From positions 62,001-126,000 of the forward strand of contig NMRA01000148.1 in assembly GCA_002633005.1 (NCBI GenBank): a DNA stretch of 64,000 bases, written 5' to 3'. This DNA comes from Phoronis australis. Lineage: Eukaryota > Animalia > Phoronida. Positions 23,219 to 36,283 of the stretch are shown piece by piece. Both the position numbers and the translations under genes were made by a program. The notes beneath the pieces were generated by a model. That model was not told the DNA's origin and ran no database searches. It saw only the letters and a list, made by a program, of their open reading frames with translations. Position 1 is the first letter of the stretch. Each line of letters opens with the position of its first letter.

Positions 23219-26009
23219 TTTCAAACATTTTTACAATCAGTTTCGCTGGGTTATCCTACCTGTTATTTCAATATTTTTAATCAGATTGTATGTTCCAAAC
23301 GTTTACCTGAGAATGGTGATCTTGCCTTATTCACAAGTTATGTGTGTTTAATCAAATACCTACGAAACTATTGCAAAAATGTATCTTCTGGAAGTATAAA
23401 GCTTGTAGAATTTATTTTTTCATTGTGCACCAATCTCTGATTATGGGTCACGTGGCCATGTCTTATTGTTAAAAGTTCAGCAAAAAATGTTCTCTCATAG
23501 CAGAGCAGGACTAACAATAATATGGATAAGTTTCGTTTAGTACGTATCTAAGTATTCAAGCTGAAATCTCAAAAACAGTGTTACATTTTTCTATGTTAAC
23601 ATATCATTTTCCGGTACAGGTAATACAGCTTTTGAATTTTGTCGTTACTCATGCAAACGAGTGCAACATTTTGCGTTTTAGAGAACTGGGTAAATCATAT
23701 GATGTTCCGAAGTTATTATCAGTCTACGGATGCTACGGATTCAAGTAACCCCCGACTGGCTCCGTCGCCGCCGTTGCGTTTGGCCGCCATGTTGAATTCT
23801 GCTGGCTACGCCAGTGTTGTCACATGTTTCAAAATACTGGCAGCACGATTACTCTTTGGCTTTTTACAGCTACAACCAAAACTGACGCGTCAGAGCTCAT
23901 CCCATATACTTACACGGGATTTTCTTTCTCAGTTCAGGAAATTTGCGTCTGTTGTTCGAAGGAACGCCGTCGACTGTTGACATTCTATTACGCATACGGT
24001 GTCTCCCCTCTGTTCGTAAACTGATCAATGTCAAATTGACTGGAGTCACTAGAGTTTCGGATGATAAAAAAGTTTGAGGATCAATCAAGGAACTGTTTTT
24101 ACGGGACACCTGACAGCAAACGTCATCGGTCTATTCTGTTCGTAGTCTAATCTTGAACTGAAACTACCACAATATGATACGGTAATGAATAAAATAACGT
24201 GGGGTGAGAAAAAGTTAAGGATAGATGTAAGAATAAATATTTAAACCCCAGACATTATTTATCACGAATTTTGAATGTAGTAGCAGAATTAAATAAGCAG
24301 ATGTTTAACAACCTTTAATGGTATCACATGCGAATGTAGAAACTTCTATGTTTTTCAAAAGCATCACTCTTACAATACTAAAGTTTTAAACAGCCAAGTA
24401 ACGATAAATCGAATTAGTTTTCAGCCGGCTGATTCTTCACAAGCTTATGTTGGTACCCAACAGATTATCGAATTTGGTTTCTGTTTTACGTAAGTAAGCG
24501 AACTAAATTCATCTGGCCATTTCGTCTCGGTAAAGTTCACAAGTAGCTATCCTGGTTGCTGTTCAGAGATATCCAGTAGAGTTCTCTGTGCGACAATGTT
24601 TTCTCTCTAAGTCGCTTTTTGTTCCTGAAAAGCTCACATGGGCATTGTTTCTGAAACAGCGGTTTATTCAAATCTCATTTTGTTGCCGAAAAGCTCCCAT
24701 AGGCACTATTTCCGTATCGAACATCCCCGGAAGTTCTTAAGTGGTGCGCTACTATGGCTCATGCAGGCCGATGACCGACTTCTTGTTGAAAAAGCAGGAG
24801 ATTGTATATTTTAATAGACCGTAACGCGGAACAAGTTGAGTGTCAGTCAAACATTTAGACCGTGCGTTCTACAATATAAAGTAGTGTGAATTTCGAGTTG
24901 AGTGGATGGTGGCACCAAAAAAATCTGAATTTTAGTAGATTGCCAGTGAACGAGCAAAATTCGAGAGCCATTCCTAGTTTGAAGCTGCCAGGCTCAACTA
25001 CATAGCTGCCTGGCTATTTGGGTACTTTCTTGCACCCATTACATTTATTATTCTACAAGGGAAAACGAGAAATGGGGGGTGTGAAAAGATCACGGCCTCG
25101 CGCGTTAGTGACGAACTTGACCACACAGTGGAAATATCATCTCCCCCCCGGACTGTTAGAACACTTCGTAAAAATATAGACAAAAGTCACCATGATCTCG
25201 ACCATACATTTTATTTTATCTGTATAAGCAGTTATACGTTTGAAAATTTGTTTCTGAACGGCTAATTAGGTGCACGAACTTCAGTTGTGAACCCACACGC
25301 TGTTCGAGCCTCGTTAACTCTCATGAGGTCTGTGTTAGAATAGCCTGACGGCCCATCTGGATAGTCCGAAACATACAGAATAGCAAACGATCTGTTCGAA
25401 GAAGGCTTTGCAGCGGTTTAAAGTCCCATCCATCACAAAAATTAAGTTTTGATTTAGACTACTTACCGTTATGCAATTAGTTTCAATTATTGTGTCCCAG
25501 CTAATAAGTTGGAAAGGATTTCAAGGCTTCGAAACAACGGTTCGTTACTTGACTAATCAGGCTTTTTAAGTTGGCTTGTCGTCACGGCGCGTCATTTTAA
25601 GCGCTGAATATGGTTTCAACCAATAATGAACGGTTAGTTCAGAAATTACTTCTCATCTGGCTGAGGAACAAGTTGAGACCAATTCCAAACAGCGGTAAGT
25701 GGTCTAAATCAAAAGTTTCAAATTCCAAAATGTGCGGTTATCAGTATGTAGCCGAGTTCGATGAACTGAGACGAACAATTAGTGCCTACCATATGTACGT
25801 AGGTGTTTGATTGAGCCTGTCGATCGAAGCCATGCGTGCCGGGCTTACTTTAGACCTTGTTGGTTGAATTTTGTCAGCGAATTTGATTACACTAGTGATC
25901 TTTAGTTAAAAGCTGCAAGTACAAAAGTTGGATATCTACCATCAATCAAAGTATACTGAAGGTGACACTGCATAAATATAAATAATAATTGCAGGTCGTC
26001 TTGTACATG

Positions 26010-26208
26010 TTGTACCAGACGTGCACAGGCCCCTCATGTGAGCCCATTGCACTGATAACCTGGAGCCATTTTATGCTTCAGTAATACATACTTAAAACCG
26101 AGTTGGCGAGCTCTAAAGACCTGACTCAAGGGTCTAGCAGTGTGCCCCAGTGGCTCTCGAAACCACGACCTTGAGTAAAGAAAGCGGACACTTATCACAT
26201 ACTGCCTC
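26010..26208 (-). mobile_element. tRNA-derived SINE (copy 2)
   Basis: Shares gacctga.tcaagggtctagcagtg.gccccagt...ccacgaccttgagtaaag with 4797-4984; B-box-like ggtttcgagagcc on the minus strand. Confidence 0.7.
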
Positions 26209-26241
26209 CTCTAGACAACGCGTAAGTCAGAAGATGACGAA

Positions 26242-26425
26242 ATGGCGTCGTGTTGCGTCAAGATTGAAAACTGGGTTTATAGACAAGGAGCGTAAACTCT
26301 TCCATGGCGCGCCTTAATTTCCAGCTGCGGACTGAGCTGAATTCTTGAGGCCATGGAATCCGATTCCCGAGAATGGATTATTGGTTACCGGGTACGGAAT
26401 ATTTTCGGTGCATGTGAAATTTAGA
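26242..26425 (+). pseudogene. Possible heavily decayed THAP-domain remnant
   Basis: Across frameshifts: MASCCV, LFH..FPAAD, RPW, RMDYWLPGTEYFRC, in THAP motif order; contains stops. Confidence 0.3.
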
Positions 26426-29400
26426 GGTGTTCGTCTAGGGTTTGTGCCGCGGGTTTGACGTCTGATGGTTCGGGACCGGAGTATGCTAGGGGATCGTAGT
26501 TTGAGTAGAGGCGCAGCNTAGTTACAGGATATATTGTGCCACAGCTGGGTTCAATATTTTATATGTAATTTCTTAATGGCCCCATATTTGCATTAGGCAA
26601 CATGATCAGAAGACAATGAGATGCATTCCGTAACATAAGATGCTTGCGGAACGCTCATTTTTGTGGCAGGAAATCTTGGCTGCTGGAACGGAAAGGTATG
26701 AATTTTCTCCGATAATTCAACTTTCCAGGATTGTCAACTCATCCCTTCATGTAGTGGCGGCCATTACAATAGCCTTTCTTTGGAAAGTCTAAATGTCACT
26801 CTCGAAACAGTCATTCCCGTGGGTTTACATGATTTCGCTTGTCTCGCAAGGAATTTGTTTTACGAACGCACCCCTGTTTGTGGAAATTGGCCAACCCCTT
26901 AAAATAATCGGTGCAGGAATGTGGTCGATTTTCCAAAAAAAAAAATTGTTTTCGCAATTTTTATAATTATGTGAGCTTTGTAATCTTTCTCCAACCCACA
27001 CCTTTCTTTCTAAATAAGAATTCACATTTACAGATGTTTCTGGCAATCAACTTGAAAACGTGTACTATAGAGACATTGCCAATAATATGATTAGTTTTTT
27101 CGTCGCTTAGTTCTGAGAATATTTCTGTAAAATGGCATCTGTTTTCAATTCTGGAACAAAGTTTTTATCGAAAGTTGAAATAATTCTATGCCACTACGTT
27201 GAAAAGGTATTATAGGGAAAGATAATTCGATATTTGCTTTGTGTTCGGATTTTGCGAGTTATTTGGCAGAAGAGTAACGTTAAGAATGTATCTATTATAA
27301 TATCAATAACGTATGACGACGAAAAAGTGAAACTCAGTGTTGTTGCCTAGGTTTCACTTTGCGAAATGCAAGTCGTAGAGATGAGACGCTGATCGATGCC
27401 TTCGTGTTTTTGTTTGAGTGCAAATTACGTAAACGAGTAATTGGATTCTTGGGGTCGTTGACTCTGCATACGATATGGTGCATAATTCTCACTTCGGATT
27501 AAAATGATTCATCTTATAATACTGACTTTCCATGACGTATGTATGAGGATCTCTAGAATCTTATCCACAAACCTATGCATTTACTCATATATTTATAAAA
27601 CTATAAAATATAGTTCAGTACAGGTGTCTTCTGAAAGTAGAAAATTTGAAAATTTAGATTTTTGACATTGTACCATGCTGTCATTAATTAGATCACAGTT
27701 TTTAGCAAAAAAATAAAGAAACATTCATAGCAAAACACGTGTATCAATAACATGACGGAATTTCATTTGAAAAAATGATGAAATCTCAAAAAGGTTCGTG
27801 AAGCACATTATCCGATCAGCTCTTTCTAAGATGTTTCGAAGTTAGTCAAATTTGGATTTTTAGATCTTACGTAACCTTAATGTGTATGGTGTTTAAGCTG
27901 TTACTTGAACCGAAAGGACATCATATTTTAAACCCTGTCTAGGATAATTAGTACAACTTTGTTCTTTAGAATGGAACTGCGGCACAACCCAAAATCATAT
28001 ACACTATATCTGGAAAAATAGACAATGCATACGCTTCCGCTAACATGAAAGCATTGTTGTATTTGGTAAGTCGTGTTATTGAAATTGCAAGAGTGAAAAA
28101 TGTGCTACTTCCGCCGCCGCCAACGATGACGCTGCTGACTTTTTTACTAAACTTTCCTTTGTTAGTAAATGGCACTTTTCATTTTTAACTGAATAGTACA
28201 CTCGACTACATATTGATATTTCACCTTTCAGAAAACAGTTAATCTCATAAACGCAGCAATTTGTCACAGCAAGCATGACATACCGACGTTATACACGATT
28301 AGATTGTTACGCGGGAACATAAAAACATTTCATCCCCGGCAACATCACATGATTTTATTTCAATTTACTGAATGCATTATACCTACAAACGATCAATTAC
28401 GAATTAAATATGTCACAATATGATATCGTGCTTTGAAATAGGATAGATCATTCTCTGCAGTCACAAGTTGGCAAACGGTCAACATTTGCGGTAATCTACA
28501 CACAAGGCGGGTTTGACTACTCAATGCATACAAAAATAGATATTCTTGAAAACTGAAGCATAAGAGATAACTATTGTAGTAAATATTCGACAGAATCTAT
28601 TTCCTCCACGGCTCATCATTCTCTTAAAAGATCTTGCTAGATAACGAGGCGTGTATCCAGCATGGCATCTGAACACGGCAACTTAGTGATTCCAGCATCC
28701 TCGCTCTGTGCGACGTTCAGCTGCTAGCGGATTCAAAAATTTGCGAGTGAGTACGCAGTAATAATCCAGTGCCAATGTGTTTTCGCATGATCAACTGAAA
28801 CATACAACGCAAAGAACACAGCCAGAGATTTATATCAAGACAATTACTCGTGTTTGAGCAGAACTACGAGATGTAACAAGAGATGTCCTGCTCGCAGACC
28901 GCAAATCCCTGCCTACATATCCACACTGGAATAAACAACTTCAATGAACAGGAAATGGAAAACCTCGCAAAAATCACGCGCAAATCACCTGGAGAAGTTT
29001 TGTAAACAGCTTACTCCCTCAAATGGTTTTGGCCAATTATCGATTCCCCCAGTTCTTTAACAGCATACAAAGTAGAACAGGTTCTTTCGTTACACTATAT
29101 TGTTAAAGTGGGTAACTAAGTACAGTTAGTTATCAGCAGTGGACCTAAGCTAAATAGCGATTGCATTGTGCAGTGCAATCGTCTGCTTTGTCTTCCGGAA
29201 CAGCTAGGGGATTTTCATAGCGAAATTTGAGGCAACGGTTATTCCCTACTAGGTGTTTCGAATGGACAAAGTATTGTAATGAAATCTCAGTTGGTAATTT
29301 AGAAAATTTTGCTGACGTCGGCAAAACATTGTCAACTCAATCATTCAACAAAAATCGAATCGTTTTTAACAAAAACGCCAAAGAGCGTTCCGTTGTATGT

Positions 29401-30007
29401 ACTCAGGGACAGAACACTTGTGGCGTCGCGGATTCTCAAATGTTTCTGTTGTTACAAAATTTTGAATTGCTCAGTGAGGCCTGCGATTTTTACTTTTCAT
29501 CACGATAGCGTCTTTTCAGAAAGTACACAGTTAGTAATTGCTGAAACAGTGAAAGAAAGAGATGATGAAATTGCAACAAAGGAATGATTGGTGTAGCATT
29601 GCTGTGCGTGAACTTAAAATCTTTCCTAATCTCAAGATTGCGTATGAGTGAATTTGGAATGCGCGAGGCAACTTGACAAGTTCATTCAAATAATCACGTT
29701 CATGTTCATAAAACTTTGCACTGCACTAAACCAAATCACATTTGAATAAAATAATGTCAATTTTAATCTTTTTAACTACTGGCGATCTATTTCACCAAAC
29801 GATAATTGGTTTAGCTATTCAAATATTTCGTCGGTTCTGCGACACAACTTACTGTAAAGGAGAAAATGGGTGATCTTGAGTCCAATAATTACAAAAATTC
29901 TTTTCACTGAACCAAAAATTTAACCTGAATGCCTTAAAGAATATTCAGTTCCAAGTTCACGCATACGCGATCTTGAGTTCACGCACAGCAGCATTACAAC
30001 GATTGTA

Positions 30008-30721
30008 TCATAGGATACAACAACTGTTTCGTCTAAGCGCAGCCTGTACTCTCACAGAGGTGGGTTTCTGTCCAAACTCATGCGTGTCTATTGTCTTCAT
30101 CATGTCTTTGAACAGACTCACTATGTGCCAGTTGTATTTTGCCGAGCACTCAACGTAAGAACATTTCCATTGTTTCTTGACCACGTTAGCGCGTGCTTCC
30201 GAACGTTTCATCTTCTTCCCGTTTAAATCATGTTTGTTTCCCACTATCAGTATAAGAACGTTCTCTCTGCTCTCCAGAATTTGTTCCCGCAAAGACTTTA
30301 TGTAGTGAAAGCTCTCGTCGTTCGTAAGATCAAAAACAAGAATGTACGCCTTAGCGTTACGTAGACCAAATCCGCGAAAGTCTGTCCATTCATAAAGAGA
30401 GTTGACGGGAAAATACGGTATAACTGGACAGTCGATGATTTTCATCTGATAAAGTCGATCATTGATTATCACCGACGGATAATAGACACAACGTTTGTCC
30501 GTGTGTTCATAACCTTCTTGGAAATGGTTAGAAACAAACTGTTTGATGATACTGGTCTTGCCTACTCCTGGCGCCCCTAGAACCGCTACATTGACTCTCT
30601 GCGCGTCCGACTCTATGCACAATTGCTGTATACTGGTTGACATCATAGAAGAGTATTTCGCCCAACTCCGGTAGTGAATGGGGGCAATTTCCCTACCCGT
30701 GTCTTGCTTATCCCGCTTCAT
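30008..30721 (-). CDS. RASL10B: Ras-like protein family member 10 (RASL10A/B ortholog), single coding exon
   Basis: GAPGVGKT P-loop, family-typical DCPVIPYFPVNSLYEW, VGNKHD, WKCSYVECSAKYNWHI, LRRNSCCIL CAAX box. Start may be 30721 or 30646/30643. Confidence 0.95.
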   Translation of the reverse strand: MKRDKQDTGREIAPIHYRSWAKYSSMMSTSIQQLCIESDAQRVNVAVLGAPGVGKTSIIKQFVSNHFQEGYEHTDKRCVYYPSVIINDRLYQMKIIDCPVIPYFPVNSLYEWTDFRGFGLRNAKAYILVFDLTNDESFHYIKSLREQILESRENVLILIVGNKHDLNGKKMKRSEARANVVKKQWKCSYVECSAKYNWHIVSLFKDMMKTIDTHEFGQKPTSVRVQAALRRNSCCIL

Positions 30722-31787
30722 ATAGGCCTACTAGTTGGAGGTAGCTTGCATACAAGAAGAGACACAATCTCGATTCATTAACGGACGAGAGTCCAACTTT
30801 CTCCTTGTATCGATCTGAAATTATCAAACTATCTGTGATTGCCTTCCTTCGAAGCAGTCGTAATTTCCACCAACCCTAACTGCACTCAGCGTACATTCAC
30901 TTCAAGCTCCGGCGTCGTATCTCTAAACCCTACCACGACATCGTCGGTTCTGCAACAGAGAGAAGCGTCAGGTAACTTCCTAGGCGGAAGCATAATACTG
31001 TTTAGTTCCCCTACAGCATAAACTGCTGTAAATACGCCTAAAAGAGCCGTGAGCCAATTAGATTCTCTGGAAAGATGCGCCGCTGTGATGCGCCGATGAG
31101 CTACGTAAGCGTTAGTTAGACACCTGCTACAAAATAAAATCGATATAAACCGCTATTGTCTGCATAAACCCATCTCTCTTTATGCCATGAAGGTTGACAA
31201 GGCTATACTGGTTTACAGCACAACCCGTATGGTTCTGAATCCTAGATTTATGAACTAATTCTCATTAGCAATTCATATCGTTGTCTATATATCCCGTAGG
31301 CAGCAAATAGTCTACGATTCTTTAGGATGTCCTCTGTTTTGATTTATTTTGCTGATAGAAGAATGAAGACACGATGAGACGCCAGGCATTAAGGAAGATA
31401 AGCACGCCAGAATACATTCACTAGCTCGGCATATCGATCATTCTCAACTTGGCAGTTTCAATTCTGTCTATGGAATACCGTCACCGAGCAAGAGTATTGG
31501 TTTTTTAACGATAAATCCTCATCTGGTCTTACACTGGAAAACCTACAAAGAAAGAAAAATCACATTCTTACTTAACGTGTAGTCAATTTGCCGGATCCAC
31601 TTAATTAGAGACGAGAGCGATATTCATATCTGTTCAGTTTAGAATAGATAGAACATTCAGAAAGATGTGCTTTGCTACAAAAGTGGTTGTCAATTACATT
31701 GTGTTAAATAAAATCAATCACATTACCGTCAAAGCAAATTTCATCACCATCAGTAAATATGCACTCTTAATTAAACTTATTATGTTA

Positions 31788-32228
31788 GGCTAAAAAATAG
31801 CAGACCGGTTTCTTTCCCGAGAAGTGATGTGGTATTTTTTATTGTACATTTTTTTTTCAAAAAAGTCACTTGACATGAGCTGAAGTGCCGCGTTATTTTT
31901 CCCCAGCTTCAGCGGTCCAGTGGCACTATTGCTGTCAACGGCGGGGGGGACGCACGGTCGGCTTTATTCCAGTCAAACCGGGAGGAGGTGACAATGACTC
32001 AAAACCACTTGTGTTTAGTAATTCTTTCTCCACCAATCAAGGTCAGAGCTGATTGTCGCAAAGTTATCAAACCATTTTGTTAAAAAATACCGTAACAGAT
32101 ACGTTTGCGTAGTTTTTGAAAAAGAAGCAATTGGCTTGAAATATTCATGATTTCATTTTCTTTAAAAACTGATCGTCAGGTTTCAAAATAGGTCGGGCGC
32201 AAATCAAAACCAGTAACTTATTTTGGCC
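31788..32228. mobile_element. Zator-like MITE
   Basis: Ends tta-ggctaaaaaatag..accggtttc / aaaaccagtaacttatttttggcc-ttt with internal ggtcgg motifs; a similar terminus sits at about 52440-52473. Confidence 0.4.
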
Positions 32229-32851
32229 TTTCCATCTCCTAATATAAATGTTCGATTAACAAGATGCTTCTAAATTACTGATAAAAATAACTGTACCCTT
32301 TGTTTTTGCTCTCCAAGAAATTCAGACAATGAACACAGAACTACTACATGTATTTGCTCCACAAGAAATTTCAGATAATTGCATTTTTGTTCCACGGCGA
32401 GAGATCATAGGCTATTTAAAAACAGCAGTCACAAAATCGCTAAATATATCATGTTAGGGGTGTGATTTCAACACTTTTCTCGAGGATAATGCCACTAAGT
32501 TTTACCTGCCAAAAAAGTAATTGGTTTCTACATAAAGAGTTAGAAGGGTTTGTTACTAGCTTGAAAATCAGTTTAGAACGGAGTTTAAACGAAAAAATAC
32601 ACCCACGATATTTTTCTTAAATTGATGTGACGAGTTCAGCGTGGTAGTAATAGTGTAAGTGCATTGAAACCACAAGTCTTAAAACGCCTGGAATTGGGCG
32701 ATTTCGTTCACAATGGATTGCATATAATTACAGATTTTGCTCTCATGAGCACCCGAGGCCGGTTACGGACATTCTGTACTTGCTGGGTGACAATTTTCAG
32801 CCGGGAATGGAATTTATTTCATCATGGTGTGATTAGGCTTTTAATCTTAGT

Positions 32852-32903
32852 ATGAAAACGCTTTTAAAAGAGCGTTTAAACGCTTTTAAAAGAGCGTTTT
32901 CAT
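32852..32903. repeat. 52-bp near-palindrome made of two self-complementary 22-bp units
   Basis: atga-(aaacgcttttaaaagagcgttt)x2-tcat. Confidence 0.85.
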
Positions 32904-33799
32904 TGTAGCGTAACCAGTGAACGGTACGTTACATTGTCCTTTTAACATTACTTAAACAGTACCATTGACAAGAGTGCCGAAAACCTCTTGAGTTGCAATC
33001 CAAAATTCCAAAAAATGTGATTGAATGAAATGTTTTTTGGAAAACATTGGTGTAACCTGTAAATTTGTTAAGAATCTGGCGTTGACTTGTGTCGAGCATT
33101 TGCAGTGAGATGGACTGAAAAATGGCGCAGTTTTGCATTTTTCGTGTTCTTTTTCTGAGCCTGGCTTCCTTATCAGTGGTAGTGAAAGAATTAATGACAT
33201 GCCAGTCAAAATAATGTTTGTATGTGCTCACGTGTATCACTTTTAAGGTCAAATGACAACTTTTCATTTTGTTCATAGAGTTAACGACAGAGTGGAAGAA
33301 AGCAGACAATACAAGTCCACCGCAAGAAAAAAAAACCATTAAGAATTATACATTGCCTCCTGCTGCAGAAATTCTCGAGGCCACGGTTTCTTTCACTATC
33401 TTGAGCTAATATTCAATTTTTGCGGAGTAAACCATTCGCGTGAGTTCCTCATGTAAACCAGGTAAGAATATGGATTATCACAAGGTATTCCTGAGTACCA
33501 CGTATGGTGGATTGTAAGATGCGGCGATGATGGCAGTAAAAATTGGTTACTGACTTTGATAAGCTTGGTTTCCGTGACGTTCACTGCGGGGCCAGTATTG
33601 ATCCTGATAGGTAGTCCTCGACACGAAAATATAAACCTTTTAATTATTTCAATTCAAACCTTAATTTCATCACAATAGCAAGGTAATTATTCTACCACCA
33701 GTCATCATCTTGTGAATACACTAGTCTAACCTTCGAACCATAGTTAGGTTCAAAGGTCGCTTATACATTGATAAATTCTCACTTGTGCAACCACAATGA

Positions 33800-36283
33800 A
33801 TGTTGACAAATGAAACAAAAGCAGGGGTGTTGAAAAACGCCCACGGTGCATCGTATACGATATGTTTCTAAGAGCCACTAAGGAGGTGCTACAGTAGTCG
33901 AACCAGCCCGAAAATTTAATAATGCTAGGGCATGTCGAATTCACGCAAAAATTCAACGGTAATGGCGCATTGATATCACCTACCGTCTGTGTCAAGTTTC
34001 ATTAAAATCTATCATCCGGAAAGGCTCTTCCCAAAATATAGCCCCTAGGAGGTGCTTCAGTGGTCGAATCCACCAGAAAGTCACTGATATGATGCTAGGG
34101 CCGCATTGACATCGTATACCTCAGTGTGAAATTCCATTTGTCAGTTCTCTTGATATCATCCAGAAAACTCTTCCCGAAACAACGCTTGACCCCCCTTGAC
34201 GAGAACAAAATGGCCACTATAGGAGGTGTTGCCATCTTCAAATCCGCCCAAAAATTTAATGATGGCCGCCCATTGACATCACATAGCTCTGCGTAAAGTT
34301 TCATTGAAATTTGGCTTTCAATTGGTTCTCTACCTGTCATCCGGAAACGCTCTCACACAAATGCCCACTAGGAGGCGTTGCAGTTATCGAATCGGCCCAA
34401 ATAAGTGTCAACCGTCCGTTACTCGGTTCTTTAGATATCACTCTTCCCTCAAACAACACTTGAAAAGTTGTTGTCGAGAAAAAATGTCCACTAGGAGGTG
34501 TTTCAGTGATCGAATCCGCCCAAAAATTTAATGGTGCCGGCGCATTCTGACATCGTATACCTTTGTGTCAACTTTCACTGAAATCCTTCACTCGGTTCTC
34601 TACATATCATCCAGAAACGCTCTCACACAAAATGGCCACTAAGAGGCACTGCAGTAATCGAATCCGCTCGAAAATCAAATGGTGCCGACGTATCGACATG
34701 ATATAGCTCTGTGCGAAGCTTTTGAATTGAAATCTGCCAATCGGTTCTCTAGATATCATCCGGAAACGCTCTTCTCCCAAAACAACACTTGAAAAAACCC
34801 TAGTCGAAAAAATGGTCCTCGGAGATGTTGCAGTGGTCGAATTGATATCGTACACCCTTGGGGCAAGTTTTATTGAAATCCGTCGATCTGTTCTTTACAT
34901 ATATCATTCGGAAACGCTATTACAAAAAATACAGAAAGAACACGCCTCCGGGGCAGATTATAAATCGCGGCTCTTGTGATGCCCAACACCCTCGCGCCAA
35001 ATTTCACCAAAATCCGACGAGGTTTTTTTGAGATATTGAGCGAATGCCCGGACCCCCAGACGCCCGGACGGCCTGACACAGTAACGACAATGCGCGACCA
35101 GATATATTAAGTGTCCCAAAAAAGTGAGCCACTTTTTGACAAGTAATTTCTCAACAATGGATAAACCGACTTTTTTCAAATTTCTTGCATATGAAGCTTA
35201 TGATATTATCAACAAATATACAAAATATCAAAGAGATTTGTGTCCAATTTTGGGAGTACTGTCAAATCAAAAAGATCATGTCAAAAATAAAATACCAACA
35301 GGAAGCTGGCTAATTTCAGTCTGTGCTCAATGTGGCCTCCATCTTCCTCCACGACTAAAAGGAACCGTTTCTTCCAACCAGAAATGCTTTTTTCGTATTT
35401 CTTTCATCGAGATTTTCTCCCATGACATAATTATCCTGTCTTTTAACTCCTTCTCAATCAATTTACCTTTCATTCTCCGGTAAACTTTCTCCTTCAGAGA
35501 GACAGTCCTATGTTGCATATTAAGTCTTTTTCATCAGTGAAAGTGATTCTTTTCACATCAGTTGTTGAGTAGCTGTCATGCAAGTATCGACATCGAGTTT
35601 TTTTTTAATTCATTCTAACATTTTGATCCCTCCACGATACCCACATTCTTTTGAAGGGATTTAACTACAACAGTTTTTCACCATTCTTTGCACAGAAGAC
35701 TGCTCACATGTAAATGCTTTGCGACTTCTTTCAGAGATTTGTGATTGCCCGGATTGCCATCCTAGGATTGAATCAGTTCCTCAACACGATCCTCGTTTTC
35801 TTTCGAACATGCAGTCTTGGGTCTCCCACTTCCAGTTTTACGCGCAACAGACCCTGTGCTGCGTATTTTAGCAATAAGTCTATTTACAGTGGCACGACTC
35901 CACCCTTTCCTTGGGAACTCCTTTGAGATTCTTCTTCCGCTCCACTCTTTCTCCTTGAAAGAGGTTTCAATTGTTAATTTATCATTTTCACTCAAAGGCA
36001 TCCTTACAAGCCAGAATATTAGACAGAACTGATTTGGACACAGATCTGACAATAAAAAACAGTAGACTTGACACCCAGGCAGGCAATTTTTTGACTGACA
36101 GATGCCAGCACAGCATGAACACGATGTAAGTCATCCCACTGTTTTGAATTTCACAGTACTTCCATTTTGATGACACCCTGAAGATACATTGTGAAAATTT
36201 TCAGTTGGTCAATTGCTAAGAAATTGCTTGTCCAAAAGTAGCTCATTTTTTGGGATACCTGATAAATAAGTGGGCGCATAAAA
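33800..36283 (+). mobile_element. Helentron-associated (HINE/DINE-like) non-autonomous element with ~7 internal tandem units, interrupted by Tc1/mariner
   Basis: Units carrying ccactaggaggtg..cagt..tcgaa at about 33876, 34043, 34214, 34365, 34488, 34636, 34817; cggac-type repeats at 35045-35075; 3' hairpin atgcgcgacca / tgggcgcat followed by aaaa. The 5' end is uncertain, possibly acaagag at 32968. Confidence 0.6.
35105..36264 (-). mobile_element. Internally deleted Tc1/mariner transposon
   Basis: ~60-bp degenerate TIRs (tattaagtgtcccaaaaaagtgagccac / gtagctcattttttgggatacctgata) at TA. Transposase pieces: HTH MPLSENDK..GSGRPKT, ITFTDEK (first catalytic Asp), and C-terminal LKDRIIMSWEKIS..GGHIEH, with stops and frameshifts. 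Confidence 0.9.

Noticed and set aside
33860-34880. CRISPR-like repeat-spacer array
   Set aside because: Whole units are homologous, with no unique spacers; the context is eukaryotic and there are no cas genes.
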